Assembly: GCA_002269645.1 (NCBI GenBank)
Contig: NIVC01001401.1
Span: forward strand, 72,971 to 136,970
Direction: 5' to 3'
Source: Macrostomum lignano
Lineage: Eukaryota
Length of the DNA: 64,000 bases
Made by a program: the position numbers and the translations under genes. The notes below the pieces were generated by a model. It worked only from the letters and a program-made list of their open reading frames with translations. It was not told the DNA's origin and searched no databases. This document shows positions 48,463-61,792 of the stretch, piece by piece; positions within the stretch are counted from its first letter, which is position 1; each line of letters starts with the position of its first letter.

Positions 48463-49434
48463 AGCAGAAGTTCCAGAATCGCGCCTTGGCACTCATGTGA
48501 CACCTGGAGCTCTCTCGGGACTCTCAATGGACTCCTAAAGGACTCTATCAGGACTCATAAGGACTATCGCACCTTATTCTCACTTCCTTCTTATCTCGCA
48601 TCCGGGCATCCCGCTATACCCGCTTCTTTTTATTGAGCGCACACTTCGCACCACACAGTAGTAGTTGGACTTTGCAGACTGGCTCTGTGCATCTTTCTGC
48701 TCCAATGTTCGCCAACTTTGGTCAGAATATCTCGCACTACCCCCCCCCTCCCCTCAGTCGATCTGAACCAGACGCAAAGGAAGTTCCAAAGCAGCCGATT
48801 CGAGTAGCTAGGGACTAACTAGCAGTTAGCACAGGGGAGGGGATGACTGCCGTATTATCGTAAGAATTTCCAAATCCGGGCCAGGGCTCCCTCCTCCAGC
48901 CAGTAAGTAGCCAAGTCTATTCTAGTAACTGCTGTGTACACACACTTGCAATGCCAGTGCAAAGAATGCAAGGAAAGCAGAAAATCTTGACCTTCCCAGC
49001 CTAACACCCTTGCCCTCCTCTACACACACACATACTACTTGTTTATTTAACAAACTGCAGCTTAGAATAGTAGTATATATAATATACTGTATACAGAAAC
49101 CTAATACTGTCCGATTAATAAATATTGTACAACTATAAACTATATGCACTGATATGACTATATAGTCAGCAATTAGTCAGGTGTGAATAATTCAACTTCC
49201 TGGGAAGCATTGAGAGGTTTGGGAGCTCGTTTCCATATAGGTGCGATCTGCGCTGCATATTGGGGATAAGCTTATATATAGTTACCTGAGATTTCGGCCC
49301 TCAGCTGCATCGGAGATACTGAAAATGCCTGACAAATTGCATTCACTCTTTCCGGTATTAGAATATTGTGTCACTACTTAACCAAGTAGTATGTAGTCTA
49401 ACAGAATTGAAATAAAAGCATCAGTAGATTTATA

Positions 49435-50447
49435 AATTGAGCTGCCAGTAGATGTATTGAAGTGTCAGTAGATGTATTGAGTTGCCAGTAGATGCATTGA
49501 GGTGCCATTAGATGGATTGAGGTGTCAGTAGATGCATTGAGGTGTCAGTAGATGCATTGAAGTGTCAGTAGAGGCATTGAAGTGTCAGTAGATGCACTGA
49601 AGAGCCAGTCAGATGCATTGAGGTGCCAGTAGATGCATTGAGGTGCCAGTAGATGTATTGAAGTGTCAGTAGATGTATTGAAGTGTCAGTAGATGTATTG
49701 AAGTGTCAGTAGATGTATTGAAGTGTCAGTAGATGTATTGAGGTGCCAGTAGATGCATTGAGGTGCCAGTAGATGCATTGAGGTGCCAGTAGATGCATTG
49801 AGGTGCCAGTAGATGCATTGAGGTGCCAGTAGATGCATTGAGGTGCCATTAGATGGATTGAGGTGTCAGTAGATGCATTGAGGTGCCATTAGATGGATTG
49901 AGGTGTCAGTAGATGCATTGAGGTGTCAGTAGATGCATTGAGGTGCCATTAGATGCATTGAGGTGCCAGTAGATGCATTGAGGTGCCAGTAGATGCATTG
50001 AGGTGCCAGTAGATGCATTGAGGTGCCAGTAGATGCATTGAGGTGCCAGTAGATGCATTGAGGTGCCATTAGATGGATTGAGGTGTCAGTAGATGCATTG
50101 AGGTGCCATTAGATGGATTGAGGTGTCAGTAGATGCATTGAGGTGTCAGTAGATGCATTGAGGTGCCATTAGATGCATTGAGGTGCCAGTAGATGCATTG
50201 AGGTGCCAGTAGATGCATTGAGGTGCCAGTAGATGCATTGAGGTGCCAGTAGATGCATTGAGGTGCCAGTAGATGCATTGAGGTGCCAGTAGATGCATTG
50301 AGGTGCCAGTAGATGCATTGAGGTGCCAGTAGATGCATTGAGGTGCCAGTAGATGCATTGAGGTGCCAGTAGATGCATTGAGGTGCCAGTAGATGCATTG
50401 AGGTGCCAGTAGATGCATTGAGGTGCCAGTAGATGCACTGAAGTGCC
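49435..50447. repeat. 20-bp minisatellite GTGCCAGTAGATGCATTGAG
   Basis: About 50 copies. Confidence 0.96.
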
Positions 50448-51366
50448 TAGTAATTGTAATCCGTAGATGTCCCAAACGTAACGATAATTTTCTTCGAACT
50501 TTTTGATGGAATGAACTTGCCAAACCTGAAATTTTAACCCAACAATTTCGCACATATGGACAAGAAACAACTTTACTTTCAGCTTTATCTAACTGAAGGC
50601 AACAGTGGTATCGTATATCAAAGTCCAGAGCTCGAGATTAAAAATTTCGATATTTCTCTATGTAAAATGTAAGCAAGTTAACCATGTTCGCCATGTCAAA
50701 AATATTCGTGTCTTTGACAGAAAAACTTGATATTGTACATTGTTTTTGTTGCTGTCCATATGTGTAACATTGTTGGGTAATGTAAATTTCTTTCCATCCA
50801 CTGAAAATTGCTTTGACCGCGCTAAATAAGTACATTGAAATAAGTAGGTAGCTCGTTTGGCTATGCAGAACTTGCTCCGCATATTGTTTTGACAGTCATT
50901 CTGCATCCAAAGCTTCATCTCAGTCTCTCACTTAACCAACTATTGCGACTCAAAGCGGAGGGACAGACAAGCTTCGATGGCTCTGGGTAGATTGCCTCAG
51001 GTGCGACCCCCACCCACCCTTTGCTCAAACCTGCAGTCTGAGTTGCTCACTTGAGTAGCAGCATATAGGGTGAAGATTTAAGTATAATAATATTTTACGC
51101 TCAAATAGTGCTGCACTGCCCGAACTCAAAGTCTCGCGCTGCGGTGGCGGCACAATGGAAGCCCTGCTGGAGTAGCCAAAGTGGGCTGGGCACCTGCCCC
51201 CTCCCCAGTTCATACCAACTGCATCCACAAGCCCATTGTTATTCGCAACAAAGTTGGGCCGCAGCGTTTCACCTGCTTTTAGCGGTGCTTCTGTCCGCTG
51301 CCAACTCTAGTATTTGGGTGGGGGGGGGGGCTGGGGTTGAGAAACTCAAAGCAAGGCTAAACAGCT

Positions 51367-51941
<575 letters not shown>

Positions 51942-52364
51942 GTATGCAAAGCAACCACAGCAGCCCAAAGCAACCGCAAGCAGAAGCTCAGGTAAACCAG
52001 GCGCCTTGTTAACAAGGTACTGTCCAGCCCTTACTGTTGCCGCGGCTCATAACTTGAGCTGGCAGCCTCTGCAGGCCCCCTCCTGTCAGCCTGAGTGGGA
52101 GGGTGCAGCAGCTCGGCATTGAAATTGTTGCTCATTTCTTTTGTCGGATTGTTTCTTCTGTTCTCTAACTAAATTTCAGCCTCTGCCTTCTATTGTGTCG
52201 AATTTCTATTTTGTCTCTCTTTTATCTGCCAAGAGGGGTTCGAAGGCACCCAGGGGGGGGGGGGTCATCGTTGCCACTGGCTACAGGGGTCTAAGGGACT
52301 GAGGACAGCGGGGGTGGGTCCCCACTCCCCAACCACCTGGAATGCAGTCTGCGCTCCGAGAGGC

Positions 52365-52646
52365 TATAAAATGCTAGGCCGGGTGAGCAGCGCTTTTGAG
52401 CAGTCGGGAGCCGCCCGAGAGCTGGAGGGTCCCCTCCGCCATTCGGGAAGGTGGAGGAGCTGAGGTGAGTTTACACTCTCCGCTGGTAAATAGTATTGCA
52501 ATTTTTATTAAATATTTGACAGAAAAAACACCGTTCCTTCCTTGTTTATCTGCAGGCACCAAGCCATGGCGCTGACAGACTCGGCTGGTGGTGCCGGCCA
52601 CTATTGTACATATGCTGCTGTTTATCGCTTTTACAATTTTAGCTAG
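52365..52646 (+). other. Candidate small spliced transcript with a 26-codon ORF
   Basis: TATAAAA 52365-52371, donor GTGAGT at 52465, pyrimidine-rich acceptor ending 52555, gccATGG at 52566, TAG 52644-52646. Confidence 0.3.
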
Positions 52647-53694
52647 TTCTGCTTCACGCGTAGCTTTCGAAACTGTTTAGAATGTATATTTGATATTTGA
52701 TAGAATTTCTAGCTTATTAACCTTCCAGCGTACTTTTCGTTGCAATCCACAGATTAACATGTCTTCGAGCATCGAAAATTGTAATTCCTATAGGGCCTTC
52801 ATTGTCATTAGCAACTCATTGTTAAATATCGCTGTTAGATAACTTTCATTTTGTCAACTCGCGCAGTCAAACAAGACAGAGAGATAGTGGAAATTTAGTG
52901 ACCGCCCCTGCTAGTTGAACTTTCTTGATTGCCTCTTTGCTCATAACTGCTTGTTTGTCCCCCCAATGAACCAATACCTGTTCAACTAGCATTGGCGGTG
53001 CTGTCAAAGCATTTCCATGCGTAATAAATCTCTTCTGTCTGCATCATTCAGTACTCAGATAATATTTTTGGAAAACTTGTTGCTCGCTCCGTTCGTTCAA
53101 AAATCATCAAGTTCGCCTTAGCCGTCAACAGCTTGTCAATTAACCCAGGCACAGAGTGCAAACAGTGTGTTCTTTCTAGCGCTGATGCCTATAGTTAATC
53201 ATCAATTTACCTGTACACTACTATATTTGTGTTGATGCGAATCACATTAAACAAACAAATTATTAATAAATCTCTATTTAACTGAATTATAAACTAAGAA
53301 ACAGCTCCCAGCAGAGTTCATTTTAAATTCTTGAGTTTAAATAAATGTTTCGTTTTGTTTTACTGCTTTTTTAATTTCGCGCATTGTTAGAATTTATCTT
53401 GTCAGTCATTGGTGCACAGTTTTGAATCAGCTGATTAGTTTGAAAAAATTCAAGACACTACAAACTAAATTATTCTGGCAATTAGCATACTCGCCTACTG
53501 TTTGTACAATAAATTGTCAGTAATGTATAGAGCGCATGTTCGAGGCATGAAAACTGGTCACAGAAAACGCACTGTTCAGACAGTAGCAGATCAAGGGATT
53601 GATGCCCAAATTCTTGTAAATAAGGTGGATGATGCGATCAAAATTGTCTGAGCTCTGATGCAGCTGATTTAGTTGCTAGGCAGGAGTCTCAGCT

Positions 53695-56644
53695 TCATTT
53701 TACTGGCGAAGCGATGGAGCCGCCGCCAGGGTAAGTCGGCCCCGAGCTGCTCAGAGCGAACGGGTTGACTGAGGTGAAGGGCAGAGAGGACATGCCTGCA
53801 AAATGTTTAGAAAGTGGTGTGCTACATACAATGTACACTACTAACAAATCATCAATAAGTAGCAACAAAAGAGTTTTGCTGGCTAAAACTTACGCGCTCC
53901 GTGCAGAAAGTCCTGACCGGGCCCAGTAACCGCCGGCATGCCCATTGGTACGCCCATCTGCATGCCCATCTGCATGCCCATCTGCATTCCCATACTGCCT
54001 GAGGCGGCAGTAGGATAGGAGGCTGCGGCGGCTGCTGCGGCGGCTGCGGCGGCTGCGGCGGCGGCTGCAGCTGTGCCGTTGTCGTTGTTATTTCCAACTT
54101 CCGATCCGCCGTTTGAAGCCAACGTCTGGTGGTGGTGGTGCTGCTGCTGCTGCTGAAGATCAGCATATCCCGGATGCTGCACTGCATGATGGTGATGATG
54201 CTGCTGCTGCTGCTGCTGTTGCTGAAGATGCTGCTGTTGCTGATGCTGCTGGTGATGGTGAGGCAGCTGACCCTGTCTGGACCCACCAACTGGCCGGTTG
54301 TACTCGTCCGTCGAAGCTGCAGCGGCGGCAGCTGCGGCAGCGGCCGCCATAGCCGAGGATGACCACTGACCGGCCACCGAGTCAGCAGATGAGACCGCGA
54401 GCTGGCTGGTGTAAGACTGCGGAATGGTGTCGATTCTTGACAGTGAACTTTTATTGCAATAAAATCGGATATTAATGCGGAGCCAAGGTATTTTTGCGAA
54501 CTTACATGGAAGCTGTTGTTGTTGGCCGCCTGCATTGACGGACTGAGTGGCGGTGGAGGCGGCGCCTGCTGGTGATGAATTTGCTGCTGTTGCTGCTGCG
54601 CCTGCTGCATCTGCTGGTGCTGCCTCGGCATGGTGTACAGAGCTTCGGCCACGTCTGCGGCTCGCTTTAGAATAATCTCTTTCGGCAGTCGGTCTGGGTC
54701 GCCCGGGTGTCTCGGTATGAGCTTGCACAGTCGCTGGAATCCATAGTCTATGGTCGGCTCCGTGAGGGCTGGGGGAGAGAATGGGGGGCAGGGAGAGAGA
54801 CTGCGTATGAGCTGGCATAGTCGCTGGAATCCATAGTCTATGGTCGGCTCCGTGAGGGCTGGGGGAGAGAATGGGGACAGGGAGAGAGACTGCGGATGAG
54901 CTGGCATAGTCGCTTTAATCCATAGTCTATGGTCGGCTCCATGAGGGCTGGGGGAGAGAATGTGTACTGAAGCCTTCAACCCTGGCCAATACAACTTAAC
55001 TACACAGCAATTTACATGTATATGTTAAGACATACGAGCGCCAACCCATCAAAGCTACTTTTAGTAGAGCTACGAGACTACGAAAGCAGCACAAACTGCA
55101 AATTCTTACAAGTGTAAACAAAGCGACCGGGCGCGTTCTTGCAAAACTGCTTGGACTTGTAGGACAGGGTCACTTCCACTACGCCTGGTATGTGACGCGG
55201 TGGAGTCTGCACTCGGATGGCATGTGACGTAATCATCTGCCAAAGGAGTGCGAAAGGTCCCGTTAAAATACTGTTAAATGAGAGAGCTACATGAAAATAA
55301 ATTGAACTCACCTCGCTCCAGACCAGCATGGTGCCAAATACCACCTGCAATCCGTCGAAGAAGTTCTCTCCCACAATGATGACTGTGGAGCCGCCGTTAG
55401 TCCAGCCTTCGCTGGGGCAAACAGCTTTGATGCTTGGCGTTGCTACAGGGCGGTTGTCATGGTGAGAAAGATTTTTCAGCACAAAGGCGTATATACTGGA
55501 GTACGTGAGTCCTTATTAATCTTAGCAATTTCTATTGATGGCTTTTACTAGCTGCGCAATTCCCCACTAGCCCTTATCTAAGCTGAGCAATTTCCCACTA
55601 GTTCTTATCACAGCTGAGCAATGCCCCACTAGCCCTTATCTAAGCTGAGCAATGCCCCACTAGCCCTTATCTAAGCTGAGCAATTTCCCACTAGTTCTTA
55701 TCTAAGCTGAGCAATGCCCCACTAGCCCTTATCTAAGCTGAGCAATGCCCCACTAGCCCTTATCTAAGCTGAGCAATGCCCCACTAGCCCTTATCTAAGC
55801 TGCGCAATTCCCCACTAGCCCTTATCTAAGCTGAGCAATTTCCCACTAGTTCTTATCTAAGCTGAGCAATGCCCCACTAGCCCTTATCTAAGCTGAGCAA
55901 TGCCCCACTAGCCCTTATCTAAGCTGAGCAATTTCCCACTAGTTCTTATCTAAGCTGAGCAATGCCCCACTAGCCCTTATCTAAGCTGAGCAATTTCCCA
56001 CTAGCCCTTATCTAAGCTGAGCAATTTCCCACTAGTTCTTATCTAAGCTGAGCAATGCCCCACTAGCCCTTATCTAAGCTGAGCAATGCCCCACTAGCCC
56101 TTATCTAAGCTGAGCAATGCCCCACTAGCCCTTATCTAAGCTGCGCAATTCCCCACTAGCCCTTATCTAAGCTGAGCAATTTCCCACTAGTTCTTATCTA
56201 AGCTGAGCAATGCCCCACTAGCCCTTATCTAAGCTGAGCAATGCCCCACTAGCCCTTATCTAAGCTGAGCAATTTCCCACTAGTTCTTATCTAAGCTGAG
56301 CAATGCCCCACTAGCCCTTATCTAAGCTGAGCAATTTCCCACTAGCCCTTATCTAAACTGAGCAATTCCCCACTAGCCCTAATCTAAGCCGAATAAAAAA
56401 TTCCCCTCGAATTCCCCCTCCAGACCCCGAGCACCCACCTCCGTCGCTTGGATCTATCCTGCGGGCCCGCCGGCCGTGCTTGCTGTTGTTGTGGACGAAC
56501 ATGTTGTCCGACACGGCCAGCAACTGGCCGGACAGGAGGCTCGGCGAGGCCGACACGGCCACCTGGAACCGGCGCATGTCCCTCGGATTGCCGGCGTTCT
56601 TCAAACAGTTCTGGTTGCACTTCATGAAGAACTTCAGGAAGAAG
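53695..56644 (-). CDS. coe: COE/EBF (collier) transcription factor, 3' part: end of DNA-binding domain, IPT/TIG, HLH and C-terminal tail
   Basis: Exons 56644-56439 ([27 protein letters not shown]), 55442-55312, 55236-55110 ([23 protein letters not shown]), 54768-54506 ([13 protein letters not shown]...[21 protein letters not shown]), 54416-53894, 53795-53695 ([13 protein letters not shown]...*). All phases match. N-terminal DBD exons were not found in the window. Confidence 0.96.
54721..54960 (-). repeat. Tandem triplication (90/89-bp unit) of the coe acceptor and 5' half of the HLH exon
   Basis: Three copies of ...ctctcccccAG|ccctcacggagccgaccatagactatgg. Confidence 0.93.
55548..56388. repeat. 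31-bp minisatellite CCCTTATCTAAGCTGAGCAATGCCCCACTAG in coe intron
   Basis: About 27 copies. Confidence 0.96.
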
Positions 56645-56687
56645 CTGGCGGTGTGAAAGATTTGGGGAGTTCTCTGAGACATACATA

Positions 56688-56988
56688 GCTGCTCATTCGT
56701 GACTGTACAGCTCGGGATGTACGGAATGTACAGCTCATTCGTGACTGTACAGCTCGGGATGTACGGAATGTACAGCTCATTCGTGAGTGTACAGCTCGGG
56801 ATGTACGGAATGTACAGCTCATTCGTAAGTGTACATCTCGGGGTGTACGGAATGTACAGCTCATTCGTGAGTGTACAGCTCGGGATGTACGGAATGTACA
56901 GCTCATTCGTGAGTGTACAGCTCGGGATGTACGGAATGTACAGCTCATTCGTGAGTGTACAGTTCGGGATGTACGGAATGTACAGCTT
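56688..56988. repeat. 42-bp minisatellite TCATTCGTGAGTGTACAGCTCGGGATGTACGGAATGTACAGC in coe intron
   Basis: About 7 copies. Confidence 0.95.
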
Positions 56989-57497
56989 ATTTGGGGATGT
57001 ACAGTGTATCGTACCGCTTCACTAGAGTATGTTCTTCACAAGCTGTACAGATTAAATACGTATGTAATCTTAAAGGACACTATAATAATCATGCAAAAAT
57101 AGCTATGCTGTACGAGTCTTGGCCTCTCAGTAAGTTGGCAGAGTACTTTCCTTTTATAATAAATAATTTTACTACTACTACAATTCGAAATTAATTAATT
57201 GATGAAATTTCATGTGGACCGAGAGAGGTCAAAAGTCGCGATAAAAGAATTCATAAACGCGAGTCGCCAAATGATAAAAGTAACGAGTAGAATTCGCTTT
57301 GGCACCCCCCACACCGTAACAGGATTTTCGAACGGCTCTGCTGCCTCTTCCAGCCTTGGACGGAGGAGACGAGGAGGCGGAGCCGGCCAAATTGCACTGG
57401 TGGACATCTACTTATTATTGTAGTAAGGCGGTAGTACTAATAGTACGATTATTTATAGCTGCTATAAGAGAAACGATGTGCTTTATCTTCTAGTAAA

Positions 57498-60038
57498 GAT
57501 AGAGCAGAGAGAGATGGAGAGAGAGGGAGATAGAGAGAGATGGAGAGAGAGGGAGATGGAGAGAGAGGGAGATAGAGAGAGATGGAGAGAGAGGGAGATG
57601 AAGAGAGAGGGAGATAGAGAGAGATGGAGAGAGAGGGAGATAGAGAGAGATGAAGAGAGAGGGAGATAGAGAGAAATGGAGATAGAGAGAGATGGAGATA
57701 GAGAGAGATGGAGATAGAGAGAGATGGAGATAGAGAGAGATGGAGAGAGAGGGAGATAGAGAGAGATGAAGAGAGAGGGAGATAGAGAGAGATGGAGATA
57801 GAGAGAGATGAAGAGAGAGGGAGATGGAGAGAGAGGGAGATAGAGAGAGATGGAGAGAGAGGGAGATGGAGAGAGATGAAGAGAGAGGGAGATGGAGAGA
57901 GAGGGAGATAGAGAGAGATGGAGAGAGAGGGAGATGAAGAGAGAGGGAGATAGAGAGAGATGGAGAGAGAGGGAGATGGAGAGAGAGGGAGATAGAGAGA
58001 GATGGAGAGAGAGGGAGATGAAGAGAGAGATGGAGATAGAGAGAGATGGAGAGAGAGGGAGATGGAGACAGATGGAGATAGAGAGAGATGGAGAGAGAGG
58101 GAGATGGAGAGAGAGAGAGAGGGAGATAGAGAGAGATGGAGATAGAGAGAGATGGAGAGAGAGGGAGATAGAGAGAGATGAAGAGAGAGGGAGATAGAGA
58201 GAGATGGAGATAGAGAGAGATGAAGATAGAGAGAGATGGAGAGAGAGGGAGATAGAGAGAGATGGAGAGAGAGGGAGATGAAGAGAGAGGGAGATAGAGA
58301 GAGATGGAGAGAGAGGGAGATAGAGAGAGATGGAGATAGAGAGAGATGGAGATAGAGAGAGATGGAGATAGAGAGAGATGGAGATAGAGAGAGATGGAGA
58401 TAGAGAGAGATGGAGAGAGAGGGAGATGGAGAGAGATGAAGAGAGAGGGAGATAGAGAGAGATGGAGATAGAGAGAGATGAAGAGAGAGGGAGATAGAGA
58501 GAGATGGAGAGAGAGGGAGATAGAGAGAGATGAAGAGAGAGGGAGATAGAGAGAGATGGAGATAGAGAGAGATGGAAATAGAGAGAGATGGAGATAGAGA
58601 GAGATGGAGAGAGAGGGAGATGGAGAGAGATGAAGAGAGAGGGAGATAGAGAGAGATGGAGATAGAGAGAGATGAAGAGAGAGGGAGATGGAGAGAGAGG
58701 GAGATAGAGAGAGATGGAGAGAGAGGGAGATGGAGAGAGATGAAGAGAGAGGGAGATAGAGAGAGATGGAGATAGAGAGAGATGAAGAGAGAGGGAGATG
58801 GAGAGAGAGGGAGATAGAGAGAGATGGAGAGAGAGGGAGATGGAGAGAGATGGAGAGAGAGGGAGATAGAGAGAGATGGAGATAGAGAGAGATGGAGAGA
58901 GAGGGAGATGGAGAGAGATGGAGAGAGAGGGAGATAGAGAGAGAGGGAGATGGAGAGAGAGGGGGATAGAGAGAGATGGAGAGAGATGGAGAGAGAGGGA
59001 GATGGAGAGAGAGGGAGATGGAGAGAGAGGGAGATGGAGAGAGAGGGAGATAGAGAGAGATGAAGAGAGAGGGGGATAGAGAGAGATGGAGATAGAGAGA
59101 GATGGAGAGAGAGGGAGATAGAGAGAGATGGAGAGAGAGGGAGATAGAGAGAGATGGAGATAGAGAGAGATGGAGAGAGAGGGAGATGGAGAGAGATGGA
59201 GATAGAGAGAGATGGAGAGAGAGGGAGATGGAGAGAGAGGGAGATAGAGAGAGATGGAGATAGAGAGAGATGAAGAGAGAGGGAGATAGAGAGAGATGGA
59301 GATAGAGAGAGATGGAGAGAGAGGGAGATGGAGATAGAGAGAGATGGAGAGAGAGGGAGATGGAGAGAGATGAAGAGAGAGGGGGATAGAGAGAGATGAA
59401 GAGAGAGGGAGATAGAGAGAGAGGGAGATGGAGAGAGATGGAGAGAGAGGGAGATGGAGAGAGAGGGAGATGGAGAGAGATGAAGAGAGAGGGGGATAGA
59501 GAGAGATCAAGAGAGAGGGAGATGGAGAGAGATGAAGAGAGAGGGAGATAGAGAGAGAGGGAGATGGAGAGAGATGAAGAGAGAGGGAGATAGAGAGAGA
59601 GGGAGATTGAGAGAGATCAAGAGAGAGGGAGATGGAGAGAGAAATGGAGAGAGAGGGAGATAGAGAGAAATGGAGAGAGAGGGAGATGGAGAGAGAGATG
59701 AAGAGAGAGGGAGATAGAGAGAGATGGAGAGAGAGGGAGATGGAGAGAGATGAAGAGAGAGGGGGATAGAGAGAGATCAAGAGAGAGGGAGATGGAGAGA
59801 GAAATGGAGAGAGAGGGAGATGGAGAGAGAAATTTAGAGAGAGGGAGATAGAGAGAAATGGAGAGAGAGGGAGATGGAGAGAGAGAGAGATGAAGAGAGA
59901 GGGAGATAGAGAGAGATGGAGAGAGAGGGAGATGGAGAGAGAGATCAAGAGAGAGGGAGATGGAGAGAGAGGGAGATAGAGAGAGATGGAGAGAGAGGGG
60001 ATAGAGAGAGATGAGGAGAGAGGGAGAGGGAATATAGA
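57498..60038. repeat. ~2.5-kb GA-rich satellite (GAGAGAGGGAGATAGAGAGAGATG-type units)
   Basis: Polypurine tandem array; source of ORF 57483..60041. Confidence 0.96.
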
Positions 60039-61329
60039 CATAGGTTCAAAGAAAAACAGAGATTAAAGAAAATGACACGCATAGGAAAGCATCATTTACT
60101 ACCATTGCTGTTCAGGAGCTCACTCAGAAAAAAACAGACCTATTCAATCTAAACCTTACAGTGCTTTGATACTTCACTATATAGTTTAGTGAAGTTAAAC
60201 TGAAAATCTGGGGAAAGCATAAAAAACTTCAGCAGACTATATCGTGACTCCAGTGGTGAAAGTTTTACAACTTAAACTCGCTCCGCGTTGAGTCACACGC
60301 TGTTAGACCGGCCCCCCTCTCACCCTTCGGACAGGTGACAAGTGTCCAATTTGGCAATAAACAGAAATGCCGCCTCGGGCTGTTCCCAAGGTAATTAATT
60401 ATTCATGAACGGCTTTCTCAGCGGCCACTTTCTTGAGACCGTGGCGCTGCCTTTTTGTGCATAAAAGATCAACTGGCAGACACGTAAGTCGCATTTGGCA
60501 GTTTAAACTACAGACTTTGATTCCCAGAGGACCCCAAACTGACAAGGTCACGGGATCTGAGGGTGATTTCAACAGACAACACATCCCTCCATTTCTATTC
60601 CCTTCCTCACTTTCTAATCCCTGTAAAGTTTTATTAGAGCGGACTCTCAGTCCAGCTCAGAATAGCCTCCCCAATTGAATCCAGGCTCTCGAGCAGTGCA
60701 GTGTGTGCATATCTGGGCAAGCGGCACAAACTGCTAATTGAGTTACCGAGCGGGGGCTTCCAATTCAATTGAGACCAGATGCCTATGGAGATTCCATGCA
60801 GCCTCCGCTAGGATGGAGCTGGGATTATTAAACTACTCTACTGCATCAATGCACGCGGGTCTCTATTTTTATCTGCAGACGAAGGCTAAGAAGCAGCTGT
60901 ACCGTGAAAAATTCAGTTATAATTAATGGGATCCGTTGAATTATCCACCTGAGATAAGTTAATCGATACGAGGCAGCTAAATGGGATAAAAGTGGGATCG
61001 AGTTTAAGATAGGGGATTTCGTAAAACTGTGTAGTTGTTCAAATCTAGACCCTAACGCTCTAAAATCCCATTCAATCTCTGCAGAAGCAGAAATTTGCAT
61101 ATTTTACTCAATTCTACGTCACTACTCTTTACACTACAGGGAACTGGATTTGAGAGACAAAAGCAAACACCCAGCACTGGTTGATGAACTGGGTCCTCGA
61201 TCAGCTGATCACTGCGCTCATTGGCCAGTGCATTGCTGACAAAATTCCAGTTGCCTTAGTTTATGCGGGATTATACAATCATCTGCATCCCGACCTGTAA
61301 TTAGAAAGTCAATTTATCTGGTGAAAAAT

Positions 61330-61792
61330 CACTAGCCCTTACAGCTACCATCACCAGTCCTTATAGCTACCATCACCAGCCCTTACAGCTACCATCACCA
61401 GCCATTATAGCTACAATCACCAGCCCTTACAGCTACCATCACCAGCCCTTATAGCTACCATCACCAGCCCCTACAGCTACCATCACCAGCCCTTATAGCT
61501 ACAATCACCAGCCCTTACAGCTACCATCGCCAGCCCTTATAGCTACCATCACCAGCCCTTACAGCTACCATCACCAGCCCTTACAGCTACCATCACCAGC
61601 CCTTACAGCTACCATCACCAGCCCTTACAGCTACCATCACCAGCCCTTACAGCTACCATCACCAGCCCTTACAGCTACCATCACCAGCCCTTACAGCTAT
61701 CATCACCAGCCCTTACAGCTACCATCACCAGCCCTTACAGCTACCATTACCAGCCCTTATAGCTACCATCACCAGCCCTAGCTACCACCAGC
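61330..61792. repeat. 22-bp minisatellite CAGCCCTTACAGCTACCATCAC
   Basis: About 21 copies. Confidence 0.95.

Noticed and set aside
57210-57407. Minus ORF as a possible upstream coe exon
   Set aside because: No resemblance to the highly conserved COE DNA-binding domain.
60549-60563. PSDPV on the minus strand, like the COE motif ETPSDPVIID
   Set aside because: Flanks lack the invariant RCCDKKSCGNRNE zinc-knuckle residues, and the only phase-compatible donor would drop conserved residues; likely chance.
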